A stretch of 64,000 bases of DNA from Oikopleura dioica. Its lineage: Eukaryota > Animalia > Chordata. This document shows, in pieces, positions 34,625-47,385 of the stretch; positions within the stretch are counted from its first letter, which is position 1, and each line of letters opens with the position of its first letter. The position numbers and the translations under genes are program-made. The notes under the pieces were generated by a model, which was given only the letters and a program-made list of their open reading frames with translations, ran no database searches and was not told the origin of the DNA. The stretch covers positions 2,294,001 through 2,358,000 of the forward strand of contig OU015567.1 of NCBI GenBank assembly GCA_907165135.1. Reading direction: 5' to 3'.

Positions 34625-35019
34625 TCAGCAGGAATCAATGAAAAGCGCCATTTCGTAGTCCAAGTCCGATAGTCCTCCAATGTCGTGAGTGGTTAGAATG
34701 ACTTCGAGCTTGTTCCAGACGTTGAACCATTCTGGGTGGTGGACAATAGCTTCGGCTTTCAATGCAGCGCGGGTCATGCAGCCAAAAGCTTCGTTGAAAT
34801 CCGCGAATTCGTGTTTTTTGAATGCTGAAATCGCTTTTTAGAGGTGATTTCTTTCTTTTCTGTACCTGAATCTCGACCATCAACAGCCAATTCCCATCCA
34901 TTTCTCACCAATTCAGCTCTTTGCTCTTGCGAAATTGGCTGCGGAAGATTTCTAGTGCCAACTTCTTTGCAATTGGTACAAGCCTGGAGAAAAGCGGGAA
35001 GGGCGAATAAAAATTTCAT
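34625..35019 (-). CDS. Pterin-4-alpha-carbinolamine dehydratase (PCBD/DCoH)-like protein with signal-peptide-like N-terminus
   Basis: After a 32-nt intron (34834-34865): [50 protein letters not shown], the PCBD signature with all three His. Confidence 0.9.
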
Positions 35020-35089
35020 TTTTTTCTGTGTGTTCTTTAGATGGTTCAGAAGAGTCAGTTAAATATGAACTTTTATTTGAGTTTGCAGA

Positions 35090-35913
35090 TGCTTTTGTCT
35101 CACATTATGTTACGGCGGAGTAACTGATGAGGAAAGATTATGTGAAAATGAAATAAAAGTGGTCTTCCATGATTTCAAACGAAGAAAACTACTACAAAGT
35201 CTTCTCAAAAGGTCACTGGTAAGATACCAGTATTAACGGTTGCTGACAAATTGGCAGAAACAATGAAAATATCCGACTATCCCAAAGCTCTTCAAATTCC
35301 TTCTGACCTTTTCTTCCTCACGAGAAACGCTTCTAGTTTTCAGTTGAGAAAATAGAGTAGAAAAAAATCGAGATGGCCTATTTTACTGAATCTCCTCTTG
35401 ATGGAAATATAACAATAACAATAAATACTGAGCCGACTCTCCTTCCGAAAATTCTTGGGAAAATTTTGTGAAGAGTTTTTCATCAAAAAAGATGACCACT
35501 TAGTTTGTTTCTCTCATTCACTTACAGAGCATAAAAAACTCGAGATAGCCATTCCAAGAACCGACTCCTCCATACATCTGGGACAAATTCACGAAACCAC
35601 GAACGACTACAACAAGTTATCAATATTTTTATCCAAAAATAACAATCAAATTTTCAGCCGAATCCACCCTCTCCGATGAGGCCAAGAACGTCTGGATTCC
35701 CTCCATCGTTGGAACATTTGCTGCCCTCTTGATTGGGCTGATCATCGTCATGTTCGTCATGCAGTATGAAAGACAGAGTTTCTTACTGTTATTTTTGTTT
35801 CGACAAGTAAATTTGAGCTAGTGATATAACTCTGAAAAAGAATCCAAAAACGAAAAAGAAAGCAAAAACTGCTCAAGGCCAACATGATGGCAGAAAAGCT
35901 TCTTGAAGCCTAA
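35090..35913 (+). CDS. Putative single-pass membrane protein of unknown function (5' end and exons approximate)
   Basis: TM segment VWIPSIVGTFAALLIGLIIVMFVM at about 35690-35762, then a probable basic stop-transfer exon RIQKRKRKQKLLK...* ending at 35913. Confidence 0.4.
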
Positions 35914-38900
35914 CTTTATGAAAACTCTTGCATGCTCAAAAATGAAATAAAAGAAAAGAAAAATCAAAAAAGGATATCAAGCGAGCATTCTAGCAAAAAC
36001 CATAACGAAGATTTTTAAAATAAGTATATATTTAAAACTGATGACTTTTATTGAGATTCTATTAACTAAAAGTCAACCATGTTTTGGGTAAATCGTTGAG
36101 GACACCCTTAATAATAACCTTCAGGAAAGAAATCTACCGTGTAAAAACAAACAACATGTGTATTCTCAATAACCGGGTTTCCTCGGCGGCGGGTGGTGCT
36201 GAAGTATCAAACCCCAGCCGTGTCAATAATCTTCATCCCGTAATTGTGTGGTTTTGTGTGTGTTTTAGTAAGTGCGAGCGCAGCGCCTCCGTGCGCGCAG
36301 CCCTGGGGCACCAATTTTCCACCAAGCCTTCTCGGAGCACGAAAAAACACCAAAATACTTATTTTGGGTAATTTTGTTTAAATAACGCATGCGGTCAGAA
36401 AGAGCATGAACAGAACCAGATCTTCCTGTTTTTGAAACGTCGAAAAATCACGAAAAAACAGAGATTCACGAAGAAATCGCTCTTCATTTTCATACTTCTG
36501 TATAATTTATACAGTATAAAGGTACTGTTATTAAATTAGTTTTGACCATTTTTTAATAGAAGTAGACATCGGAAATATCAGAAAAGTATTGGAAAAGGGT
36601 CTTTCAGGCCGTATATGAATGTTGTTACTGAAAATTTCTAGAGCTTGATTTTCGACCATTTTTGTATATTGCTGCCACATTATCTTTTGTCTTGACCTTT
36701 GAGATAGATCTTTCCCAAGCATTGAAAAGTATCACTTCCCGCCGTATCAAAAATTCATTATCCAATAATGATCAACACTCCACTTTCAACTTACAAAAAG
36801 TTGTTCAATCCACATCGATTTTCGTAGTAATAAAAAGCGCATTATTTGATAAGATAACCCGCTAGGATTCAATTAATCCTTGCTGGGAAACTCCTTCAAG
36901 GAGAGTTTTTGTCTTCCTTGACGAAAATTAACAAAAACAGTGGAAGTTAATTTCGCAGTGAAGTGACATCAAGTGATACTCTTCACTTTTTCTCGTAGCT
37001 CCTCGAAAACGGCCAAGAAAGGGGGTACAAAAGAGGACGGGATTATGAAGTTAGGCTGCAGATTAAAAATGATAGCAGGGGAAAAACAGGGGCTCTCTTG
37101 AGGGATTGAGATTGATACAAATCAAAAGCAAGAGAACGAAATTGAGAATTTCAAATTTCAAGTGCTTATTTTCAAAATTCTTAAGGATATACCCACCTTT
37201 TGATTTCAAGCGGAAAAGAGGGGGGTACTAGTAAAAACTTCCATATTAAAAAACCTGATCAAGTTTTTTTTTCTTCGACTCGAAAATTGAGCGATCAGAT
37301 CATCAAGTCAGTCTGGGTCAAATTTCATGGCTATTGCAATTTTCACATGTCACGCGTTCTCCACAGCAAAAGATGATTGATGCCAGATCAAAATTTCTAA
37401 GTTTTTAAGTTCGCCCCGCACGCTCTCAAAGAAAATCGCCTGCTGCATAAATAGAGCAGAAAAACGTGCTCCAAAAGATTCAAAACAGCGATTTTTGACA
37501 TAGTTCTATACCTTTTAGCCGCTTCCGTGGTGAATCCAAATTACATAAGGGTGGAGTCAACGGAATAACATTTGTTGGAGATCAAAAGGGAGGGGATGAA
37601 TTAAAGCAATTTAAATTTTGACAAGATAGCGTCAACCCGTAGTTTCCCGCGAATATCTCCTTTCTCGTTCTTTTTTTACTTCATGTTATCTCTAGAAAGC
37701 TTTAATTACACCCGGCGCACCTTCCCTCGATCTATTATCTCAGCCGGTAGTAGCTCTTTCAAGCTCCGCTTTCGGAAAAACATCGGACAACCGGTAATCC
37801 CGGGTAAGCGCCGCCGGGAAATCACCCTGCCCTGTATTTGTGTATGCAAAGGCGCTTATCAATACAAGATTAAGGTGGTGTTACAGTACCAGTTGCGGAC
37901 ACGCTACGATAGACATCAATTTCCAGGTGCAAACACACTCATACTTCCGCATTATCCGCCCGGAAAATCGTCAAAATAAACACCAAAATAATACTTTTCA
38001 TAACTTACTAATACTTTAGTACTCATATGTTTTATGGTAAATATGCATGAGTGAGTGAGTGAGTGAGCAAAAAGTCCGTTTTTAAGACATCCGGTCCGAC
38101 CCTTGAGTAGAAATTGAGTGCTCCAACTTCGTTTTTTTTTCAAGAGTTTCCCTCTTTTTTCGAGTAAAAACGAAAAAAGCGGATCGGATCCTCATTCAAA
38201 ATTCATAAAACCGCCCCCTGCATACATGAACATATCGGTTTTCAAAAAATAAGAATAAATTGCGCATTTTTCAGGTCTCATTTATTCCAATTATTTTCGC
38301 CCTGGCTGACCGCAAGGTGACAATAATGCAGAATTGGTGCACATGCTTCTGGGCACGACGCCAGAAGCAGAACAAGGTAGTTTTGGGCGCAGCGATCATT
38401 AGCGGCTCCTTGGCTGCAATTTTTATGAGTCGAGGCGGGGAGCAGCGCCAATTAATAATTCTTTTAATATCCTCGAAAGTCGAAATGCCGTAGTGTCAGA
38501 AAGTGGTTCCTTTTATTGCATTGAAAGGGGTGCTTTTGAAATCGATTATTTTTAATAAGCAAAATCCGGTAGTCCATTTTTATAAGAAAAAATTGAAAGA
38601 ACAAGACGCTGACTCCCTTATTTTATGAGAACAAATCGAGGGTATCCATCAAATCTTGTCACTTTTCCCCTATTTGCCAAACAACGATTTGTCGGCTATC
38701 GGGTTATTTCCCGGACAATTTGTAACTCAAGTATCGTGTACCCCGCGCTCTCTCCCACCGTTGCCACTCGATGTTTGTGGCTCAAATTGGATGTTAAATA
38801 AAAAATCTGTCTTTTCATGATGACAATATCAAGAGGATACCCTTGAGGCCTGGCAAAGTAATTTGTGGAGAGCTCTTGAGACTTGTCAAGTGAAAAAAAA

Positions 38901-39024
38901 GGAAGAATGTCTATGATGGAACTCGAGTTCTTTTTAAAAAATTTTTAACGGCCTTCCCTTACGAGCGCTAGAATTGAAATTAACCCTTTGTCTTTTCAGG
39001 GAATGCGCTAAAATCCGCCGAAAA

Positions 39025-41557
39025 ATGCTTCTCAACATAGTAACATTCCTCGCCACGCTCAATTCCGCGGCAGAGCTCCAATATACAATTAACGATGGCA
39101 CCACTCGCGGTTCATACATTGGCAACTTGCCCCAGGATGCGCAGCTCGGTTCGCCGCTGAATGTTGCTCAGCGGGTGTTTAAAATAATCGAAGGAGAGGA
39201 GTATCTGGACATTGATGCTTCTTCCGGCGATCTGTATACGAAAAAGGAAATTGACCGCGAATCGATTTGTGGAATCAAGGAAGACTGTTCCCTCGAAATC
39301 GAAGTGCTGTCTACTCCTCAAGAATTCTTCAACGTCTTCAACATCAAACTCCTCATTCTCGACCTAAACGACAATTCCCCGAAATTCCCAGAATCTCAAT
39401 TTTTCCTCACTCTTCCAGAAAGCGCCGAAATCGGCACAATTCTTCGGCTTTCTCCAGCTTCCGACGCGGATACCTTTCCTTATCAAGTGAAAAAGTACTT
39501 TTTGGAAAGCGAACAAAAACCAAAGTATTTCGAAATTAAAGAAGAAAAAGGGTCGTCGATCCGAATTCCTCAGATTCAATTGACGAGAGAATTGGATGTC
39601 AACAAGCGATCAAGACACGTGTTAAAAATAATTGCAGAAGATGGTGGTGGCAGAAGAGGAGAGGCAGAAGTGATTATTGAGATTGAAGACATAAACGACC
39701 ACAGCCCGAAATTTGAGTCGACTGAAATTGAAGTGAGCATTTCTGAAAACGCAGAAGTTGGAACAATCATCACCACTCTCCATGCTACCGACGCTGATAA
39801 GGGCATCAACGGGGAAATCGTTTATTCCTTCCAAGAAAACATAAATTCTCAATCCACGATGGACAAATTCAGCCTCAATAGCTCAACAGGAGAGTTGAAA
39901 ATCGCCAAGCCTCTGGATTTCGAATCCGCAGCCGTTTACAACCTCCATATCAAGGCAGACGATAAAGGCGTCGGCTCTTCTCCTGCGTACACAACAGTAG
40001 TTGTCAATCTTATTGACGAGAATGACAATTCTCCAGAAATACGCATCTCCTGGCTTTCCAACGCGCCCGGGTCAATGCCTGAAGATGCGAAAATCGGGGA
40101 TTTTGTTGCGCTGATCAATGTGCAGGACAAGGACAATGACGATGTTCACCTAGAAGTTCAGAATTCATCCGATTTTGAGCTTGAGAGCAATTCGAAGAAC
40201 CGATACTTGCTCAAGACAAAAAGTTTTCTGGATCGAGAAAGAATCGACGAATACAATTTGAAGCTCATTGCTCGCGATTCTGGCTTCCCAGCGAGAGAGA
40301 CGGTCAAGAACGTCAAAATCTTGATCACGGACATCAACGACAATGCTCCATTTTTCCGCCACGGGCAGTACAATCTTCAAATTGATGAAAACAATTCGCC
40401 GGGAGTCACCGTCGCGCAGATTTTAGCAGAGGATCTTGATGAGGGTCCCAACGCTGAAATTTCCTACAGTATCAACGATCCTTTGGGAATCTTTGACATC
40501 GACAGTGAAAGTGGAAACATTATTGTACTAGAATCAATCAACGCAGAAAGATTCAACGAGTCAGATTCTGATTTCCTCAGCTTCGAAATAATTGCGTCTG
40601 ACCATGGTCGACCCAGCCTATCCGGATCTACGCAAGTGAAAATATTCATCAATGATGTTAACGAGTTCGCACCAATGTTTTCATCTCGAAATTCTAATTT
40701 CTCGATCGCAAAGAACGCCAAAATAGCCACTTCGATCGGATACGTCGAGGCAATAGATGCAGATAAAAGTTCAAAAATGATCTTTACCATTTCTCCTGCA
40801 AGAGCCGACCTGCCATTTTCAATCAACGACCGTACTGGTGAAATCTCCCTATCAAAGTCCCTCTGGAATCTTTCGGACGTCCCCGTTTACTATCAATTCC
40901 AAGTGGTTGTGTCCGACAGCGAGGGGTTGATCAAAGATGGCGATGTAGCTGAGGTAGTCGTCTATGTCTCCGAAAGCTTCAGGAGCTTGGAAAATATTGA
41001 TGATGCTTCAAAAGCGGCGGTGGTTCTTGTTGGCATTTTTGCTGGTGCAGTGATGATTTTGATAACAATAACGATTTTTATTTGCGTCAGGTAGCTTTCT
41101 CAAAATCATTTCTTTGCTTACCTTTTGATAGATTCTACAAGACAAGAAACGAAAAACGAGGTCCGACGATTCCTCCGTCAAACTCCAAAGATGAGCTGTT
41201 TATTTCACTCCCTAGTAAGAAAATTTCAATTTTCATCCTTCTTACCTCCTACTTCTAGCTTGCAAACATCATCCCGATTCTCAACCCTACCCAGAACTCC
41301 ACACAAACCGCTCAGACAACTCTTACAACTCCAAAGAAAGCTACTCCCGCGACTCTGGCGTGCCCGACTCAATCATCATCGAAAACGAAAATCAAAACTC
41401 AAATTCTAGAGCTGTTCATATTGCCCAAACTCTTTCACTAGAAAGGAAGAATAATAGTTGTACAGAAAAATTGCCGAAGATATTGGAACGGAAACCGACT
41501 TTTTCAACTTTCGTCGGAGATAGTGATAGTGAATCTGTAGTTGTTACTGAATATTGA
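39025..41557 (+). CDS. Protocadherin (6 cadherin repeats, delta-2-like)
   Basis: Single ~2-kb ectodomain+TM exon; DRESIC EC1 motif, repeated DxNDNxPxF and AxDxD motifs; TM VVLVGIFAGAVMILITITIFICV; cytoplasmic SRDSG and TFSTF. Confidence 0.92.
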
Positions 41558-41834
41558 AAATAAATTTGTTCATTGAATCAACGATTTTGTGAATTTAAAG
41601 AAATGTGATCAAAGATAAAAAATAGACAACTATAAAAGCGACTTCAAATCACCGATTTGTCAAAACGTAGTATTTTGTCTCAACTTGAGGAAAATCACCA
41701 ATTGAGACTCTCAATTTGAGAGATCTTGAACAAAAATTGTGATTCATCTTTTTTTAAATCAAATTCATTTTTGCTCTAAAACTTGGGCAACCCGATAATT
41801 TGAAATTTCGACAGGGAGTTTGAAACGAGAAATT

Positions 41835-42706
41835 ATGAAAATACACGTGACTCCGGTTCAGAAAGGAGCGGTTGGGTCATGTAAAAAAATAACTGGTCGG
41901 GATGTGTATAATTGCGGTCGTTATTGCGCTGGTATAACAGAGAAAATGGCAATTCTTCCGCAGGAAGGAAAAACTGTTTGTCTTGACTGACAAGGATTTT
42001 GAAATGTAAAGTATAAAATATACTCAATTATTCTTTATTTATTTATTCTATTCCTTCCGATAATAAATTAAATCTTACTAAATCCTTTCAATGTTTTGAA
42101 AAGGAATTTTCTAAAAAACAGCATTATTTTGTCTTCTCTGACGCAAAATTTGGATGTCCTGGTATGAAATGTGATGTTTCGAATCTTTCGCATCGTGAGT
42201 TCCTAAATGTTGCGACGCCGGCAAGAAAAATCAATCAGCAGGTAATGCAATAGATACAGATCAAATATTCTTTTCAATTATTTGCAGATAAGCCTCGTCA
42301 TTTTTCACTGGTGTTGGACCATTACGAAGAAGCAAAAACGGATGTGGAAAAATTTACTGAAGAAATTAAGATAGCAACTGCGAATCTACAGCGCGCAACT
42401 GAAGTTCGTGACAGTATGAAAGACTCGCTCACATCTGCACTTGCCGAAATTTCAGATGATCTCGGAATAACTGGTATTCAACATTGATTTTATTCATTTT
42501 CATTTCAATTATTTTTTGCCGGAATCAATGTACCCTCTTGCAAAATTTGCTTCGAAGTATACAATAGCGCTGATCGTCAAGAATGTACCCTTCACTGTGG
42601 CCATCTTTCCTGCTTCAAGTGCTTGACTGGTCTTCCTGAGAAGCTCTGCCCGATCTGCCGAAAAGAATTCACAAAAGAGCGAATCATCAGACGCTTCAAT
42701 AATTAA
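41835..42706 (+). CDS. C-terminal C3HC4 RING finger protein with preceding coiled coil
   Basis: CKICFEVYNSADRQECTLHCGHLSCFKCLTGLPEKLCPICRKEF; the model needs a GA-AG intron 1 and an intron 3 ending in CG. Confidence 0.75.
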
Positions 42707-43150
42707 ATTTCTCCTTGATTTTTTTAGATCTTGAATAAATGATGGAAAAACTGTGGTTCTTTTCAAGTGTTGATCAAAGTCTTGTCAAAGCTGAGAAGTT
42801 GCCCCTTTGTGCCTGTCATTGTTGATTTAACCATTGTGAAAAGTGTTCCGAATCCAAACACACTCTCGCAGGAAAATAAGGAGAATGATTCCATGCTTTT
42901 CTTTCACTTGATGAGTCAAGAACTTAATTTTTGCGGGAGAGAGTAACTAGACATGAGATAAACGCTCCTTCTGGGCTTGTAATAACTGCAAATAGTCAGT
43001 GTATCGACGACATCAATCAAATATTTGTCCATATAAACGGCGAGTCCTGTTGACTTTTAGCGAACTCGTTTTTGCGCTATTTTTCTTCCTCTGCAAGTTG
43101 CAGTTGCGCCGCGCTGCAAATTCCGAACGTAAAAAGAGAACGCTAGAATT

Positions 43151-45294
43151 ATGGCTGCTCCTGTAAGTCAAATGAGTCACAATGCTTCGAAGACTAAGGA
43201 AGGTGGCGAATTGATAAGTGAGGAGATAGATTTAGAGCGCATATAAATTATGCGAGCAGTTTATGATTTGTAAATAGACTTAGTTCTCAATGACTTCATA
43301 ACTTTAGTCTAACAATTTAGAAATAGAAAGACGCTAGTCCTTGTTGATATCAGACTAAAAAAGCAATCCCAAAATAGGCTCATCTTGAAATTATTAGGCT
43401 TATTTTCACAAAAGATAAAAATTCCCTAATTGAAAAATTTCCAAATCTATGATTTTTCATTTATTTGTTTGGTCTAGTCAGAACGAAGCATGAAAATAAT
43501 TTTGTTTGAATGAAAAAATGACCCGGTCGACGTTTTCTGTTTGCCTAAACTTTCATTTTGTCTGCTTAGGACACGCGTAATTATTTGCAAAAGCGGCTCA
43601 AAAGCTTCAGAATTTGATCCTCAATAAGCCACTGCAAAGGACAATTATAACAACTTGCTGAATGGGTATCATCCTGCGTTGGAGCAGCTCAACTCGGCGT
43701 TCCGGCAGTATGAGACTGCAGGCGCGCAGATGATTGAGGCGCAAAATGAAATTGCAAAGGTCAGTTTTCAAAGCAAAAGAAACGATTCGAAGGTGTTCTA
43801 GAGCCTTGCAGTCCTGCTCAAACACGCAGAAGATTCCTCTGCCCGCTCCGATCTCCCAGACGGAATTTCCGCCGCCGAAGAAATCATCCGAAAACTCAAG
43901 GCCGAGCTCGAGCAATACCAAGAAGCCGCACAGGCAAACATCGTTGAACTAGGAAACGAGTTGAGCTTCGTATTTTTCTTCGCATATGAAATTTTACAAG
44001 CCGCGTGTCTGAGTTGGCTTTTAGCAAATATTAATCCTAAGCTTTCCTTGAGACTTGAAGATTTCAAAGGATGGAGAGTACCTGAACTCGGAACTGCAAA
44101 AGTTGAGAAAGAAGTGGAATGATGGGGTTGATGCTAAAGAAGCAAAAGGTAATTGAGCGCTTAAATGCTCTGCTCAGCTGGTTTATTTAGAAAAGGAAAT
44201 CTCCAAGCTGGCAAAGAAAGGCAAGTCAAAGAAAGACGACCAAAAGCGGATGCAAAAAGAACAGGAGCTGAAGCAAATCACCAAGAATCTCGACAACTAC
44301 GCCAGGGAAAGCTTGAAGAAATCAGTCTTGGAACAGAACAAACGCTACGGGTACTTTACATTCTATTTGTGTCTGGTTGATAAAGACTTTTAGGTTCGCG
44401 GTTGAATCGCTAAAGAAATCGATGACGAAGCTGTCACTATTCCACGCGCAGAATCAGAAGATTATTGCAGAGCACTTGGATGAGCTGAATCTTGGAAATA
44501 CTGATTGGCAAGCTGCTGCGGATGCGGTAAGTACCAGAAGTAAAGAAAGGATACATCATCTGTCTGCTAGGCTGTTGAAGAAACTGCTCCAACTCCTCGA
44601 AAGTCAATTTATCAGATGCCAGACATGTCCGAAGACATTCACAACATGTCCGAACCATCGATTCCACCAGCCCCTGTTGTCGCAGCTTCTACTGCAGCTA
44701 CAGTCACGCGAGGTATGGAACTAATAGTTGAACTGATTCTCGACTTGTTCAGATACGTTTTTGATTCCAAGAGCAAAAGAAGGTTAAAACGCTTTTGACA
44801 AAATATCTCCACAATCATTTTTTATCGTTTCATCATTTTTCAAGTACCAGTAGTCTCATGAAATCTTTCAGCTGTCTCGCCGAGCGGTAACTCTCCTGAT
44901 AACTCACCAGGTTTTTGCCGTGGCATCACAATTCTTGATTTGCTTTTTTTCGCTTTTTTTTAACCGGGGCTGAAAAGTAGTGTCGGATCAGCGTTTTTAG
45001 CCCCGAGCGTGTGTTTTTTCAATTATTTTTTGAAATCTTCATTCTTACAATTCTATTCTAGCTCCTTCTAAAAAGAGAGTAAAGGCTACCCACCCTTACG
45101 CCGGGGATGGTCAAACTAAGCTCCAACTGGATGTCGGAGACACCGTCCAACTTCTCATCCCCCAACCACGTGACGGCTGGCACTATGGAGAGAACGAAAA
45201 GAGCGGCCTCCGCGGCTGGTTCCCTATTCAATACACAACCAAGGTGAGGCATTCTTTGTTCTTATATTCTAACTTCTGGATTTAGCTGATGTAG
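43151..45294 (+). CDS. BAIAP2: IRSp53/BAIAP2-like protein (IMD/I-BAR domain + SH3); 1-nt frameshift in SH3
   Basis: IMD-like YNNLLNGYHPALEQL...LDNYARESLKKSVLEQNKRYGF...DWQAAA; SH3 VKATHPYAGDGQTKL...PRDGWHYGENEKSGLRGWFPIQYT, matching IRSp53-family SH3. Linker exons are uncertain. Confidence 0.8.
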
Positions 45295-45547
45295 AAGGGA
45301 TGAGTAAAAGATGCGCTGCTTCAGATTCGATTGTATTTATAAAGAAAAAACCGCCAAAATTGATTCTGCGACTTTTTGTATTGAATAAAAAACCATCAAC
45401 AACTTGCTTTAACAATCCGTACCCCTGAAGGTCTGATTGCCAATTTCTTAATTTTAAAATAATGGAACATGTTGAACGCATTTTGATTCACATCGACAGT
45501 AAGGGTTATGTACAGAGATAGAAGTGACTATTGGCTTTACTTTTAAC

Positions 45548-46602
45548 TCAACGGCGCTTTGTTCCGCCAAATCCAGAAGCTGTTTTTGTCGAGACAGGAG
45601 ATGAGCTTCGTCGTGGAGAAGGACTTGATCTAAGAAAGAAGTAGTCAGAAATAAATAAAACGTCAGATTCTTACCGTCTACCATCATGAAATCCTTGAGA
45701 ATAGCTGTTATTCGTTCCCCAATTGTTTCCGCCAAACCAGCTGTTTCCTCCGCCGAACCAGCCTCTATTTCTTCTCCTATTCGCACTCGCAGTTCCTGCT
45801 GCAAAACCGGTCGCTGCTCCAGCGGCAAAACCTGTTCCGAACCCAGGGCCATCAGAAGAAGAAGACGAGGAGCCACGACCAGGGCCAGAAAAGTAGCCAG
45901 TGTTGTTCGTTCCAGGATTGGTGCCTGCGGGAGGGATGAAATCGGGATTGTAAGGAGGGGGTCGGTCATCAGAATTGGCGTTATTGAAGCTGGTCACGAG
46001 GAGGTAAAGAACAAATGCGATTATTATGAAGAGAGCCCAAGAACCTGAATAAATTGATAATCTTCCGTTTTTATTGCAGTCACTTAGGGGCGCAGTCAGA
46101 ATAAGTTCGGGTACAAACCTTCTTCAGAATCTTCAGAGCTGCTGCTCCAAAAGCTCGTTCCTCCAAAGCTCGAGCTAGAAGTCGATCCGCCAACGCGATC
46201 AATAGTGTACTCTAAGCCACAACTACCGGCGAGAATGTACGGGTCATCGGGGTAATCGAAGCCTTCGCCGGTGACTCGAATCTGGCCAAATTTGTACTTC
46301 ATTTCCATGTCAGCTTTGCACTCCCATTGAATGTCCTGGCCATCTGTACCGCGATTGTAACATTGAACGACGGAGGGAACGAACGCTGAGCAGCCTGCAG
46401 AGCCTCCCATACACTGTAAAAATTCATTGATAAAGCATTTTTAGGGACTCAGACTCACCTGAAGCTGAGGAACAGGAGAAGATCTTCGCCCGGTGGTCAT
46501 TTTACCAGCGTAGAGGGTTAAAACATCCACATTTTTAAGTTTAACCCGTTGCTGCGCGTCTGCAAACCCAAGGAGGGCGACTGTTAGAATTTCCGCAAGC
46601 AT
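45548..46602 (-). CDS. SARAF: Store-operated calcium entry-associated regulatory factor (TMEM66)
   Basis: DVLTLYAGKMTTGRRSSPVPQLQC, VQCYNRGTDGQDIQWECKADM, GSCGLEY, TM, PPPY, C-terminal TASGFGGTKRR*. Confidence 0.92.
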
Positions 46603-47385
46603 AACTTCTCTATTTATTTCTTTTGGTACTTGTAATTTAGAATCTGAAAAGAGGATTTTTGGTTTGATGATTTTAGACGAAAAATGGCGGGTTAAAAAGA
46701 AAAGGCGACGTGGCCTAAAGCTCCAGGCCTCGTGGCTCAAGTCGTTGATGATTCAGAAGGAGTAATTTCTGATGCAAAAATGAGAGCTAGAAAACGTATG
46801 AATCATCCTCTCTTACAAGTTTTAGCGAAGAGTTTGTCAAACTGATTTTTGCAAATATAATTGAAAAATACTATCGTGCTGTGATAATTTCAGAACACGA
46901 GTTTTTTCAGTCAAGTAGACCTATTGTTGTCTGAGGATCAATATTTGCTCATGAAAAATGGCTAAATTGAAATAGACACTAGATTGTTTCAACGGATAAA
47001 TACAATATTTATTAACTTGCAATTCTATCAACAGGTTTTTCAAAAAGAACCTTTGTGGCAGAGAAAAGAAAGAAACAACCCTGTCAAGCAGTCTGAGAAA
47101 TACTCACTCAAAAGTAGTGAGAAGAAAATCAACTAAAACTTGTAAATTTGGCAAACCAGTGCCTTCGATTTTGGTGCGAATTTAAGAAGTTTTAAACTTT
47201 TAATTTTGAAGAAGCGTTTGAGATAAATTTTTGAACTCTAGTGGACCTTGTTTTTGGTTTTTTTAATTATTGGAAAAGTCTAAATGATTATTTAATGATC
47301 TGAAATTAATATTATAATAGCGCAACTGTAACGAGAAGATTTTGATGGAGCTTCAAAAGGTAAAGACAGATTTTTAGTCCGAAAT

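Noticed and set aside
42720-43060. Possible small minus-strand gene (YTDYLQLLQAQKERYL / WNHSPYFPARV fragments)
   Set aside because: No consistent start and splice model or family could be built.
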